A stretch of DNA of 63,190 bases, filler included, from Folioceros fuciformis (GCA_049999805.1; 37 parts of 37 records of this genome joined end to end with filler, not necessarily neighbours in it); one strand, 5' to 3'. Positions 1 through 12,159 are shown, counted from the first letter of the whole stretch. Translations and numbers: made by a program. The notes: generated by a model not told the origin, from the sequence alone.

Positions 1-432
1 GGCAACACAGCCATGGCAAGCTCTAGCAGGTGAGCCATGATCAGCGCGCTAGGATTCTTCATCAGATGTAGAACAACACCAGCTGAAATCTATGAGCAGC
101 ACGAAGTAGACTATGGTGATAGTCACGAGAAGACACACACATGACTTAAATGGGATATGAACCAAAGTTAGGTCTGAGGGGGCGTATTGGAGTAGTGTTT
201 TCAGTTTTCAGACACTAACTCGTAACTTTTAATAAATATCATTTAATTAGGAATTAGGTTAGAAAAACGGTTATACACTCTCACCTTTTGTTTATATGTT
301 TTTTTCTGAACCCAAAAATTCTATTCTATGATTCTACAATATGCGCGTATGTGTATTCTTTGTTCAAGTGCTGTTGGTAGTATGGGTAAGCGATGGCATA
401 GATACAAAAATGGTGTTGGCGCCTCTCACTAG

Positions 433-817
433 CATGCGCTCACGGGTGTTTGGATTGAGGGGCAATTGGAAGCCTGGAAACCTATAGTGAAAGCCGTGCA
501 CGATGAAGGCAGCATTTTGTTCTTACAAATCTGGGATACGGGGACGGCTTGGAATGTCGGCCATGATGCTCACCTGATTCATACAGGTTGTTGTCAATGA
601 CACTTGCATGGCGACTGATTTTCGAACGCTTGCCCATGCAGCCTATCAACCGGGTGGTCAAGCCACGGTGTCCTCCACCAGCAAGGTTGCCAAGGGATTT
701 CATCCCTACCTGACTGCACTTGCATCGAGTTCTCGCAACCGCGTGCTTTGGAGAAACATGAGATCTCCAAGTACATGGAACAATTTTGGCACTTTGCCAC
801 AAATGCCATTAGAGCAG
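433..817 (+). pseudogene. OPR: 12-oxophytodienoate reductase / Old Yellow Enzyme remnant (two exon-like segments, frameshifted)
   Basis: 442-580 reads TGVWIEGQLEAWKPIVKAVHDEGSILFLQIW..WNVGHDAH (cf. OPR PGIW..EQVEAWKPIVDAVHAKG..FFCQIWHVGR.SH). 642-817 reads YQPGGQATVSSTSK and, after a frameshift, EFSQPRALEKHEISKYMEQF..FATNAIRAG, ending at a GT donor (818). The next intron is hit by LTR-1 at 875. Confidence 0.85.
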
Positions 818-874
818 GTGTTGATTCCTCCCCGCATGTGTGTGCCATGACGTGTAGCCTCTCTCATCACCTGC

Positions 875-1266
875 TGTGAACCTCGAAAGTTTGGGGTAGT
901 AGTTTGTTTTGGTTGAAAAAGGGTTAATAGTGGTATGGTTTGGTTTTCTTTTTCAACTTATTTTCCCTAATTTTCCTTTATTTTCTGGTCATTTTTCCTA
1001 TTTTTCTTTGTGCTAATTAGGTTAATTAATCAGGAAATAGTTGGTTTAGTTATAAGAGTGGGTATAGGTTTGGTCCCAGACCTGGGGAAGGTTCAGGTTC
1101 GCTACCAGGCCATAGGGTTGGGAAAGTTTGAATGTAGGTCTGGTGATTAGTTTAATATTAATTAAAGATATATACTATTAAATGATTATATAATATATGA
1201 AATAATAAAATAATAAAATAAGGGTTTGAACATAGGAACAGGTATCTGGGTATGTCAATGTCAGAG
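875..1266 (+). mobile_element. LTR-1 5' end
   Basis: Starts TGTGAACCTC(C/G)AAAGTTTGGGGTAG; near-identical to 14 other copies with the same sharp boundary. Confidence 0.85.
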
Positions 1267-1366
1267 NNNNNNNNNNNNNNNNNNNNNNNNNNNNNNNNNN
1301 NNNNNNNNNNTTAATTAATTAANNNNNNNNNNNNNNNNNNNNNNNNNNNNNNNNNNNNNNNNNNNN
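1267..1366. other. Artificial contig linker (first of 36 identical N44-TTAATTAATTAA-N44 spacers)
   Basis: An identical 100-nt block with stops in all six frames starts at 1267, 3275, 4909, 6893, 8322, 13029, 14293, 15567, 16955, 18695, 21269, 23645, 25210, 26820, 28434, 30866, 33163, 34392, 35645, 38230, 40512, 41690, 43078, 44383, 45536, 47357, 49070, 51052, 52275, 53393, 54800, 56078, 57580, 59050, 60632 and 61787. Confidence 0.99.
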
Positions 1367-1471
1367 GCTCCTTCGTGGGAACGAAACCCAATGTCTCAAC
1401 GACAGTGGGATAAGTGTGGCCACTAAAGGTGGAATCCGTCGGCAATCAGTGCCCGGGGTTTTGCCTCCACA
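1367..1471 (+). mobile_element. LTR-1 3' end
   Basis: Ends CCCGGGGTTTTGCCTCCACA; same boundary in 8 other copies. Confidence 0.85.
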
Positions 1472-1794
1472 TCTCCTGATAATGGCTAAACACATGTTGT
1501 TGAGGTTGCCCAAGCGATATCCAAAGTTTTGAGAACCTTAACCGCTTGCTGATAAACCCTCTCGACTAGGTTTTTCGGCATTGCAAAAGAAATCATGCAT
1601 TAGATGATGATAGTCCTTTTTTCATTCGGACTACGAAAAGAATCTTGCAGATGCTAGTCGAGACCTATCAATCTAGAATAGGGAAAATCTAAGCCAAAAG
1701 AAGGTTGCCTGTCCTAGAATATATAGGAAACATATTGCCTAGGCTTAAAAAATGCTATCAAATTTTTCCCCACAAAAATAGTGCACCATGGTAA

Positions 1795-1846
1795 GTCACC
1801 CATCTGGGTCCTAATCCTGAGCCAAGGCGCTTAACACTAGAGTTCT
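1795..1846 (-). other. Degenerate 5S rRNA-like segment (internal control region)
   Basis: GTCACCCATC-N23-CGCTTAAC-N4-GAGTTCT aligns without gaps to the reverse complement of plant 5S rRNA (GTCACCCATCCTAGTACTACTCTCGCCCAAGCACGCTTAACTGCGGAGTTCT). No recognisable 5S ends. Confidence 0.6.
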
Positions 1847-2855
1847 CAGTGAACATGGCCTATGCTCTCCACTCTCCTTTCACCGTGTTCAGAATTTACA
1901 TACCTTTTGTACATATCAATCGTTAGATAGCCTCAATGGGATAAAAAAGCCACAGGAGAGGCACCATGCCCCTCCCTTCTCTTCTCCCTCCACGCTTCAG
2001 CTCTCCGTGCCATCTTCCATAAAATCTTTCAAGAAATCATGGCGAGAACCCGCCGATCTAGCACCTGGCGCTCTTGCCACCCTAAGGCATGTGCGCCCAG
2101 GCTAGCCCGCTCAAGAGCTCACCCCCGATCCATTCCCTCCCAACACCTGTAGATGCCATCACAACAACCAGGCAGCAGTCACGAACCCAGATTGAAAAAT
2201 TCCTTGGCGCAAGTTTGTAGCAAATTTCAATCAGAAATTGGGCGAATCCGGAGCAATTTCTTTACAGGATAGGCACCCCAACCTCAAGCACCAAGATTGG
2301 CGGGCGATTGAGCTCCAACGGCACCGGCACACAGGTGCACCATCGCTAAGGTGAGCGGAGGCAGGTGCGCCCGCGAATGGCCACGTGTGGGGTCAGGCGC
2401 CCGTGAAATGATGCCATTTTGCGGCCTTTTGAACCCGAACTAGTTTAGGCAGCCCTAACCGGTGTAAATCCAGTTTTTTCGGGCATCAGTTTTAAATATG
2501 TTCCCCTGGCACCGTTTCATACCAGCATTTGGACCTTGGGGGTTTTGTCCTACTACCAGTATATGCGCAAGTGAAGATTGAGCCATCTTTGCCTATCCTA
2601 CAACCGGAATCTTTGGCTTTTGCGGATCAAACGTTTCTTCTGTGGGATTAGCTTGAGCACACAACTCAGTGTTTGGTGGACCTAGTCTTTTGCCTTCGTT
2701 GTATAGCAAAATTGGAGGTGGATAGCTTGCAAGTTTCTGACTTGTCGGACACTAAGTGGTCCTGAGCACCTAAGTTTATGACCACAACCTACAATTCCTT
2801 TGTGGACCACCTAATACAATAGTTTAACTCACTATCATTAGACCCCACAACAGCT

Positions 2856-3043
2856 ATGGCGAGTAGCACTTCGTCACCTTCCCAGGTGCAGGCCCCGTTT
2901 ACACCGATCATATGAAGGAAAAAGATTGGTTCAACGACCAGCACTTCCCGGTGTGGTGCATGGGCATGAAGTCCATATTCATAGGTCAAGGCGTTTGGAA
3001 GATCGTCGATGGCACCCTTCTAAAGCCCGACCCTTTTGCCACT
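2856..3043 (+). mobile_element. Ty1/copia gag N-terminus, truncated by LTR-1
   Basis: MKEKDWFNDQHFPVWCMGMKSIFIGQGVWKIVDGTLLKP resembles copia gag N-termini and the copy at 43607-43889. Confidence 0.7.
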
Positions 3044-3274
3044 TGTGAACCTCCAAAGTTTGGGGTAGTAGTTTGTTTTGGTTGAAAAAGGGTTAATATA
3101 ATAATATTGAATAATAAAAATAATATAATAATGGTTTGAACATAGGAAGGGGTATCTGGGTGTGTCAGTGTCAGGGGTCAGGGTCTGACGATAGGCTGGC
3201 TGATTGCTTGGCTGGCATGAACGGCTGTGGAGGCCATGCCCTAGCTAGAGCTAGGGGCAGGGGTTGCAGCCGCC
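3044..3274 (+). mobile_element. LTR-1 5' end with internal deletion
   Basis: TGTGAACC start; jumps from GGTTAAT directly to the AT-rich tract, lacking roughly 250 nt present in other copies. Confidence 0.85.
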
Positions 3275-3374
3275 NNNNNNNNNNNNNNNNNNNNNNNNNN
3301 NNNNNNNNNNNNNNNNNNTTAATTAATTAANNNNNNNNNNNNNNNNNNNNNNNNNNNNNNNNNNNNNNNNNNNN

Positions 3375-3655
3375 TATTATATATCTTTAACTAATATTAA
3401 ACTAATCACCCAACCCTATGGTCTGGTACCGAACCTAAACCTTCCCAGGTTTGGGACCAAACCTATACCCACTCTTATAACCAAACCAACTATTTCCTGG
3501 TCAATTAACCCAATTAACACAAAGAAAAATAGGAAAAATGACCAGAAAATCAAGGAAAATTAGGGAAAATAAGTTGAAAAAGAAAACCAAACCATACCAC
3601 TATTAACCCTTTTTCAACCAAAACAAACTACTACCCCAAACTTTGGAGGTTCACA
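3375..3655 (-). mobile_element. LTR-1 5' end
   Basis: Ends TTTGGAGGTTCACA on the + strand. Confidence 0.85.
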
Positions 3656-4453
3656 TCCATCCAACCTCTACTCGGTTCCACAAGTGCCCGAGTTGAACAA
3701 TACCTCTTCTACTATCGGAGCCAAAACTATGGGATCGATGCACCCGGGATAGGAAATCCTGTAACCAATGCCCCCTAAAACCTTGGAGAGGAAGGCCGAG
3801 CACATCATCCCTATTCCTAGGCTTGGCTGAAAGAAGGAAGGTTTTAACCTCCAAGAAGTTGTGCCAGATTGAGGCAAAAAGTGGAGAACAATTCCTGGTG
3901 TCGATCAAAGGTATGTCCGCCAATAAGTTGTCCATAGACCTCCATCCTCGGGCAACCGCTTGAGTTTGTTGTAGGTGTTGGGTTAACCAACTTTTCCAGG
4001 GGTATCCCATTGGGCCAACTGCTTTCAGAACCCATTATGAATGTAAGATCTTCATTTTGCTCATAGGATCCACCAACCCTAACCCACCCAAGCGCTTGCT
4101 CTGGATAATATGTTGCCACGCCACCTTGTGGGAAGAGGAGAGCAGTTCCTTAGACTTACTCCACAAGAAGTTAGATATAATCTGTTGTAGCCTACTCAGA
4201 TCCACCTTGTTAGGAGCCCATAAGAATAGATAGTACCACAGGGAAGCGGTCAAAATATGGTTTATGACCACAATTTTGCCTGCAAGACTAAGATCCAAAA
4301 GACGTAAGCTGGTTGCTTTCCGGATGAACCGAAGGCAGACATATTTACAAATCTCAGCATTCCCATCCTCCTCTTGGAATGGCAAGCCCAGGTACTTGTG
4401 AGATGAGCCGGGCTAGACCCGCATAATGTGCCTAATGCAAGCGGGTGGCTCCC
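3656..4453 (-). mobile_element. L1-type LINE ORF2, post-RT region (degenerate)
   Basis: KYLGLP..LSLAGKIVVINHILTASLWYY..NFLW..HKVAWQHI..KRLGGLGL are hallmark L1/Tx1 ORF2 motifs; in-frame stops present. Confidence 0.9.
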
Positions 4454-4908
4454 TGTGAATCTCCAAAGTTTGGGGTAGTAGTTTGTTTTGGTTGAAAAAG
4501 GGTTACTAGTGGTATGGTTTTAGTTTTCTTTTTCTACTTATTTTCCCGAATTTTCCTTTATTTTCTGGTCATTTTTCCTATTTTTCTTTGTGCTAATTAG
4601 GTTAATTGACCAGGAAATAGTTGGTTTGGTTATAAGAGTGGGTATAGGTTTGGTCCCAGACCTGGGAAGTTTTAGGTTCGGTACCATGCCATAGGGTTGG
4701 GAAAGTTTGAGTCTAGGTCTGGTGATTAGTTTAATATTAATTAAAGATATATAATAATAAAATAATAAAATAAGAGTTTGAACATAGGAATAGGTATCTG
4801 GGTATGTCAGGGTCTGACGATAGGCTGGCTGATTGCTTGGCTGGTATGAACGGCCATGGAGGCCATGCCTTAGCTAGAGCTAGAGGCAGGGGATGCGCCC
4901 GTCCCCAT
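4454..4908 (+). mobile_element. LTR-1 5' end
   Basis: TGTGAATCTCCAAAGTTTGGGG start. Confidence 0.85.
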
Positions 4909-5008
4909 NNNNNNNNNNNNNNNNNNNNNNNNNNNNNNNNNNNNNNNNNNNNTTAATTAATTAANNNNNNNNNNNNNNNNNNNNNNNNNNNNNNNNNNNN
5001 NNNNNNNN

Positions 5009-6665
5009 GGAACCATTCCCAAGCCCTCCGCTAATCCGGCTGCCATTGATGCTTGGGTTTGTCAAGATCGACAGGCTATGCAGATGTTGATCTCTGGCCT
5101 CGACGAGGTTACCTTACATCACACAGATGGTGCGTCCACATCTGCTGAAGCTTGGAAGCAAATCACTAACATCTATCAGTCCACTAATGTGATGATGCTG
5201 GTCACGGTACGCCTGAAGTTCTATCCTTTGCGCATGGGCCCCAATGACAGCGTTGCTCAGCACGTTAGCAAGTTTCGATATTTGCGAGCCCAGCTTGCTG
5301 CTCTTATGACAACCATTACCGAATTTGAAGCTGTTGTTCAGTTATTGGCTAGGCTCCCGGCTAGCTGCCGAACATTTGTCTCCTCTCAAAACCAAACGGT
5401 GAGAAATGCACATTTGGCTGTGCAGTTGGGTATGGTTCCCAACATCACCGTGTCCGAGATCGCTGGAGCACTCCTTCAAGAGGAGTCTGCTAGGTCCAAT
5501 GTTGGGACCTCCAAACATGGAGGAGAGAGGGTCATGTTCGTCTCCAAAGGACGGCTATCGCAGCGTAAGAATTCTTATAATAATAACAATCAAAGGAATA
5601 ACTCCACAGGTACTCCTAAGCCTGCTTCCTCAGCACCCTCTTTGTCGAAGACACCAAAGCGGTAAGGTACGTGCAATTGGTGCCAATCCCTAGGTCATGG
5701 GGAAAGAAAGTGCAGGAAGGAGCAAGCTGGTGAGGCCAAGCGTGAACCTCGCACGGCAAATACCGTGGTGGTTTCGACTAAGGCCAAGAACCATTCTAAC
5801 CCTGGCGTTGCTCTCACTGTTTGTCTTGTGACCTTTGAGTACAAGAGTTCCTGGCTGATAGATTCTGCCGCGTCAACGCATATCTGTAGCCACAAGTCGA
5901 TGTTTGCTACGTATGTAGCATCTGCTGATACTCAGCGTTCCGTACTACTTGGGGATGACTTTGGCCTTTCTATTACGGGACATGGTTCCGTCACCTTCAC
6001 TTTGGATGATGGTTCCTTGCTGTTTCTTACTAATGTGCTATATGTTCCCCATATGGCCAAGAACCTTATCTCTGTTAGACAGCTCGTGTAGGACGGATCC
6101 TTTCGCAACTTTGGCCCTGGAGACTGTCTATTATCTCGGACTTCTAACCCCCGGGTTATTGTTGCTAAAGGTCGTCCTTGTCATGATCTATATGTCTTTT
6201 CAGGCAAGCCCGTGCCTTCAGCGGCTGCCTCTACTGTGGTTTCCTCTCATGGAGACCAGCCTCACAGGAGCTCGCATCCAGGTGCAGCTCTCTTGTGGCA
6301 TTGCCGACTCGGGCACCTCAACCCTGCTCGACTGCTTGCCACCTCCCAGCAGGACTTGTATCGGGATAAACTTCCTAAACTTCCATCAACACAGCCTCTC
6401 TGCGAAGCTTGTGTCCTTGCTAAACAGCGAAGTTCCCCTTATCCTACTCTTCTCGCTCGTCGGTCTTCGGCACCTCTTAATTTGGTCCATGTAGATTTAT
6501 GTGGTCCTCTTCCTGTCTCGTCTTTAGGCGGAGCAAATCACTTTATGACTGTTGTGGATGACTTTAGTCGATATACGTTTGCCTTTCCTATCCATTTTAA
6601 GAGTGACTCGTTTAATGTGTTCTCACCCTTTGTTACTATGGCTGAGTTACAGAGTGGCCATAAAC
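5009..6665 (+). mobile_element. Ty1/copia gag-zinc knuckle-protease-integrase fragment (pseudogenised)
   Basis: UBN2-like gag, CNWCQSLGHGERKC knuckle, WLIDSAASTH protease, LWHCRLGH..CEAC, LVHVDLCGP..VDDFSRY integrase; stops at 5663 and 6089; cut by an LTR at 6666. Confidence 0.95.
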
Positions 6666-6892
6666 TGTTAAGCATGATTAATGTTGATATTAATTAGTGC
6701 TAATCCAGCTTATTGAGTTTGTACTAATTAGTGGTAAGAGTGATTAAGGTTATGATTAATATATATATATAGCTTATTAGACTTTGCTATGTTAGGCAAA
6801 AGAAGTATTGTAGGGTTTGGGGTCATTTATCCCATATTGGGCACGAAATGAGAGTGCCACCCATAGGTCCATAAAAGAAGGGATGAACCCAC
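6666..6892 (+). mobile_element. LTR-C terminus
   Basis: Starts TGTTAAGCATGATTAATG and interrupts the copia integrase; same terminus at 13267 and 18905 (minus). Confidence 0.8.
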
Positions 6893-8130
6893 NNNNNNNN
6901 NNNNNNNNNNNNNNNNNNNNNNNNNNNNNNNNNNNNTTAATTAATTAANNNNNNNNNNNNNNNNNNNNNNNNNNNNNNNNNNNNNNNNNNNNACGATCCT
7001 CATTTTTCGGTTCTTGAGGTGGAAGGAGACAACTTCGGCGACACAGAGGGCCAGCGCTTGAAGGATGTAGAGATAGTTGTCGATTCCGAGGCCATCCAAG
7101 ACGTACATGACTTGATATAGACAGGATTTGAAAATACTTGCAGTTTGTGGCAGAATATGCCTTTATTTAAAAGTGATTGTTTAAGGTTTTTTATTCATAG
7201 CAGGCACATAGCCAGGTTCTTTTTAATGAACCACGCTGTTTAGTGCGCTGGTAGACCGGAGCACTCGAAGGAGGATTCGGTTTTCAGGCAAAATTTAATC
7301 GGTCTTCTACTTTATGTTTCAGTTGGATTGAGTTGGTTTAGACATTTTTGATTATGTGTGGTGTCCACGACATGTCCAAACAATATGTTTTTCAAAAAAC
7401 AGCTTAAATGTGGATATATGACTGGGATGGTGTACATTCAAAAGTGCGCCAAACAGGCTTCATGAAATACGACCGTTAGGTGCAGACCGTGTTTATTTTA
7501 AGATGCAACCACTCCTGGCTTACCTTAGCGCCACTCTCTCTCCTCCTATTTATTCTTCTGGCCCACCTTCCCCTACCACAAAATCTTCATGCTCTCCCTC
7601 CATGATGCTGATTGGGCAATTCCTTCCAAAAATATCCACCTCACTCCTCCTGCTATCTGACCCATCATGGTTGTCCACTCTCTCTCCTCCACGGATGCTG
7701 GTTGCCTCCTGTCACTTTGGCTGCAATTATTGCTATTCCAGGCCTCCTGGTGCAAGTAGGGGTTTCAGCAACCCAAGGTTGCTGATTCCACAACCGGCAT
7801 TGTTCCTTTGGCTACCGGTATTGTTGCTCGACTACCGGTAGCCCCTTCGGCGACCGTCGTCGAACTTTGGCTACCTCCCTTCGACTACCGGTAGCCCCTT
7901 CGGCTACCGGCGTTGCCGAGTCATAGCATCCCTGTTTTCCAGCCTAAGTCCACAACTACCTACTCCCAGGCCCCTTTCTTATTTCTTATTTCTAGGGGGG
8001 GGCGTGCATACATAGACCTCCTGGTACCCCCCCTCCTCCAAAGGCCAAGGACGTCCAGCCACCCCTAGACACTTGGTCTGGCCACCGATTCGCCCAAAGT
8101 ACCATGGTCCAAGGAGACTTTGGGTATAAA

Positions 8131-8321
8131 TGTTGAGCTATCGAGCTCTATATGAGCTAAACTCATGTGGTGTTAGTTATCCCAGTTGGGTTCATACTAG
8201 ACTAGTTCTAGTTATTAGTGAACTTAGGATAGTGTAGATTATCCCATATTGAACCTGGAAGTTGTGTAGCCCTAAATGTACTACTTAAATGGAGACCTCG
8301 GACCTCCATAGTAAGACAGTG
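8131..8321 (+). mobile_element. LTR-D terminus
   Basis: Starts TGTTGAGCTATCGAGCTCTATATGAGC; same terminus at 53589 and 28766 (minus). Confidence 0.75.
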
Positions 8322-8421
8322 NNNNNNNNNNNNNNNNNNNNNNNNNNNNNNNNNNNNNNNNNNNNTTAATTAATTAANNNNNNNNNNNNNNNNNNNNNNN
8401 NNNNNNNNNNNNNNNNNNNNN

Positions 8422-8610
8422 GATCGGAGCTGGAGGGGAGCCCTCGAATCCATCATCGAGTTCATCAAGTCCGACCCTCCATCCACAGCAGCAAGAAACC
8501 CCATCGCTCCTTCGTGGGAACGAAACCCAATGTCTCAACGACAGTGGAATAAGTGTGGCCACTAAAGGTGGAATCCGTCGGCAATCAGTGCCCGGGGTTT
8601 TGCCTCCACA
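8422..8610 (+). mobile_element. LTR-1 3' end
   Basis: Ends GGGGTTTTGCCTCCACA. Confidence 0.85.
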
Positions 8611-9220
8611 AAGTAGAACGAAGAACTTGAGCTAAAGGCCCCCGTTCTTTGATTGTAAGTGTTTCGTGACGAATAGAGTACCAATTTTCGTAAGCCTGCG
8701 TGGACATCCTGGCGGAAGGGGGAGCTGCGAGTGCCCTTTTTGTTGCCGATTGCAAAGGTTCTTGTGATGTCTGGTTGGGAGTCTTGAACGTAGGGAAACG
8801 TGGAGTTGGATTGTGTAGAAGGTGTTGTGAGGAGACTTGTGGGGAAAGGTGCTGGGTGTAGGTAGTTGGAAGTTGGTAGGGGAGGTACTGGGGCCCTTCC
8901 AAGTGAAGGAATGGTGCCTACCTACTGACGGGACGTGTTGCACGATTGGTAGGAACGTGATTGGAAGGTAGAAATCGGTAGGGGAAGTACTGGGGCCCTT
9001 CCAAGTGAAGGAATGGTGCCTACCTATTGATGGGACGTGTGGCCAGATTGGTAGGTACGTGGTTGGGAGAGTTGACTAGTGTAGGGGAGTGATAGACATA
9101 GCTGACCAGGCTCATAGGGGAGCGATTCCGGGGAAACCTGCAACGATTGTGAGATTGATGTGGCCACGATACATGTGAGTGGGTGCCTGGTAGGGATACC
9201 ATGCCCGCTTGCCCACATCC

Positions 9221-9308
9221 TGAACTTACTTCATGCTCATCTTAACTTACTTCATGCTCATCCTTGACTTACTTCATGCTCATACTTAACTTACTTCATG
9301 CTCATCCT
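9221..9308. repeat. 21-22 bp tandem repeat x4
   Basis: ACTTACTTCATGCTCAT core repeated four times. Confidence 0.9.
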
Positions 9309-10348
9309 TATCCTCTCCTCCACACTAGCTTGAGAATGCTACAACAAACTTTGGCTAATGAGTGCAGCTTGACAGATTCTATGAAAGACGGGAAGTCGAG
9401 TTTGTATTTGATGTTGGTTTTAATTAACAAATCCCAAACTTCTAGTAGGTAGCCTTTGCTGTAACTGTGTGCTCGTACACACTCCACACATGGACCAAGA
9501 GTACAGGGGCGAAAAGCGTGCTCTGCTGTCTGGGGGCTATCGTTTGGCGCACCGCCGTTGGCGTGTCAGCTTCAGGTTACGATTATCACCCAAAAATGTA
9601 GGCGGTTAAACAATGGACACTAGTTTCGCCAGTTCCGCCCAGCGTCCACCCCAACCATGACGGGATGAGTGCGTGCCAGGAAAAGATCCGAGCTCGCGTC
9701 TCTACAACCGCATGTCCCTGATTGCTCATCAGGTAGTGGTCGCCCGTGCGTTCACTCCTCGGTGCGAGCATTCCCTTCCGCGAGCGGTTCTTCGCATCGT
9801 TGCGGTGGAAGCTGCGGTCCGCTCACAGGTCTGTACTCGTTTGCCCTGTCCCTTCGTAGGTCGCATAGTGGACGTGCTCATGCTTTCAACAGTTTCCTTC
9901 CCGAACTCCGCTGTTGAGCAGTCTTTGAGAAATATTGCTAGAGGAATGGATGAATGAATGGGTGACAGCATGAATGTTGTCAGCACGCGAAAAGAGAGCT
10001 TCTCTTCAGCGTCCTGTACCAGACGGTGCAGCTCTGCTTTCCTGCTTGTCGCGATTCATTCTATTTCCAATTCTGTTTACTTTAGCTGGGCCCAGCTGTT
10101 GCGGAGGAAGTTCAAATTCTGTTTCCCGAGGTGCGGGTTTTTGTGATTTGTAAATCCCCCAGCCTCCAGCTCCCAGGCAGGCAAGAGCTCACACCTGGTT
10201 TCTCGCCCGGTGCCTGAACTAGCGTGTGCAGGAAACGGTTGCTTGTGACACGTTTTGAAGCTCTTCAGTGTCGTTGTCAGCAGCAGCTGAATCTCATCCG
10301 GTCCAGTCTCTGCGTTGTGGGTTGAAGCAGCAATTGTGAAGTGGAGAC

Positions 10349-12159
10349 ATGCAGGCCCTAACGGGGTTCCCTGCTGTCTTCAGTCCGGCGGTCAGTGTTG
10401 GTCAAGGCAATATTCGACGACACAATGCCAAGGCATGGGGCTTAACTGTCACGTGTTTCTCCAGCCGTACAGTGGGTGACCATTTCGTGTGCACTACCGC
10501 TAGGCCGCCGACTTGGGATGTACTGATTTCTCAACACTTGAAGGCAAGGCTATGGACGAGAACTTCCGCATCAGAGGTGAACGATGATGATTCTTGTCTG
10601 AGGACGTAGACCGGTCGCCGATTATGCGGCCTTGTGTTCTGAGCAGTCTAACAGTGGGTGGGAGGCTGGACCAGAACATTTCTTCCACTTCATGGATAAT
10701 AATACGCAATGGGTGTACAGGATGAAGCTGTTTTCGTGCTGGAAGGACAAGAGGATGCAGGTGGAGCAGCTCCAGCTCCGGATTCGGCTACCATACCTGC
10801 TCCAGCAGAGATTGTAGAGAAAGAGGAAGGTAGGTTATGGTCTAATCGGTTTCTGCACTCACTAGGTCTTTGGTTCCGGCAGTTGCAGACCTGTGCAACC
10901 AATTGGAATGGTATTTATGCTTCACGCCATGGGTTGCAGAAGGGAAGACCGTGAAGGTGAAGTTTGTTCTCCAAAAGGAATGTCGGTTCGGGCAACAGTT
11001 CAATGTCGTAGGGGATAATCCCTACCTCGGGGAATGGAATGTGGATGCTGCAGTACCCTTGGATTGGTCGGAAGGTCACGTATGGACGACAGTGGTGGTG
11101 AGATTTTCAACCGTCGTTGAAGAAAATGCACCCTGCCGGGCTGTCTAGCTACTTTGGTTTGTTTAGGGACATAGTGCTTTGTTCTGCCCTAAGACTTGTC
11201 TTCTGCTGTTGGTTGTGTCCCTCTCCCCGCAGGAAGTCCCTGCTGGAAGGGTGGTGGAATACAAGTTCCTGCTGACTGGGAAACGGGGAGAACTAGAGTG
11301 GCAGCCTGGGGTGAACCGGACTTTTGAAACTCCGCGTGGGGTCGGTAGCATCCTAGTAGTGACGGAGAAATGGGGCGGAGAAGAAGAGGAGGTGGGAGCT
11401 CCTGCTGTGAGAGCTGCTGAAGAAGCAGCAGCAGAGGTTATCCCTAAAGCCCAGATCAGTGAGGAGGCTGTGGAGCCAGAAGTGCCTGCTGTCAGCTCTG
11501 AAGCCCAACTCGGTGAGGAGAATGGTCAACTCCCCGTGCCGGATGCTAGTTCTGTCGAAGAGACAGCTCGTGAGCTGCCGGTTGTCGATTTGGGCCTAGC
11601 GTCGGCTGCTGTGGAGGTGAGCGGAGCAGTTAAGAGAGAGCTGGAAGATGCGGCCGCCACAGAGTAGAGGTGACCTTTACAGTTGAGAGCTTTTAGGAGA
11701 ACTTCAGACCTGTAGGCTGGCATTCTCTGTTGTTGTGGGTGTGGTGGAGGGCCCGGGCAGAGAGCCTGGCAGCTGTTAAAAGTGTGGATGCGAGATGCGC
11801 AAAAGTTTTGTAGTTTTTGTATAGAGTAGACGCTTGTGTATCCATGTAGCCCAGCGTAGCCTCAGCCAAGGCTGGTGGAGGCAGGTCAGGAGTCGGTGGG
11901 TTTGAAAGGCCGTGTTCTAAGTCACGAGTGTGTGTGTGCTTTGTATGTACTGGTAGTGCCCATTCACATCTTTCTTGGTTCCCCCTTGTCTCAGGTCATC
12001 AGTGAGGAAGTAGGGAATGCCGCCGCTTCATTGTCCTCCGCGGCAACTTCCAGTGCCGAGGACGACGGACATGCACACCGCTTATCCGCTGCACAGAAGG
12101 ATTGGCATTGGCTTGTCAAAGTTGCGAGAATCGTGTTTGGTGGTAAACAGGCAAGCTGA
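10349..12159 (+). CDS. CBM20 starch-binding-domain protein (At5g01260-like), 5 exons, 347 aa, probable plastid transit peptide
   Basis: Exons 10349-10576, 10721-10829, 10940-11097, 11233-11616, 11995-12159; all introns GT-AG and phase-consistent (0,1,0,0). CBM20 motifs KVKFVLQKECRFGQQFNVVGDNPYLGEW..AVPLDWSEGHVW and VEYKFLL..LEWQPGVNR; acidic linker; C-terminal DWHWLVKVARIVF. Confidence 0.9.

Noticed and set aside
1367..3274. Non-autonomous LTR-1 element with a 1.57-kb internal region
   Set aside because: No PBS after 1471, no PPT before 3044, and the right LTR interrupts a copia gag; two independent insertions explain it.
3375..4908. Back-to-back LTR-1 ends about 0.8 kb apart (also 47879/48734) as TIRs capturing cargo
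   Set aside because: The termini face the intervening DNA, so it is flank rather than cargo; the similar spacing probably reflects selection for short contigs bounded by repeats.
9586..10146. Short ORFs upstream of the CBM20 gene
   Set aside because: No recognisable motifs or consistent exon structure; likely promoter or 5' UTR.
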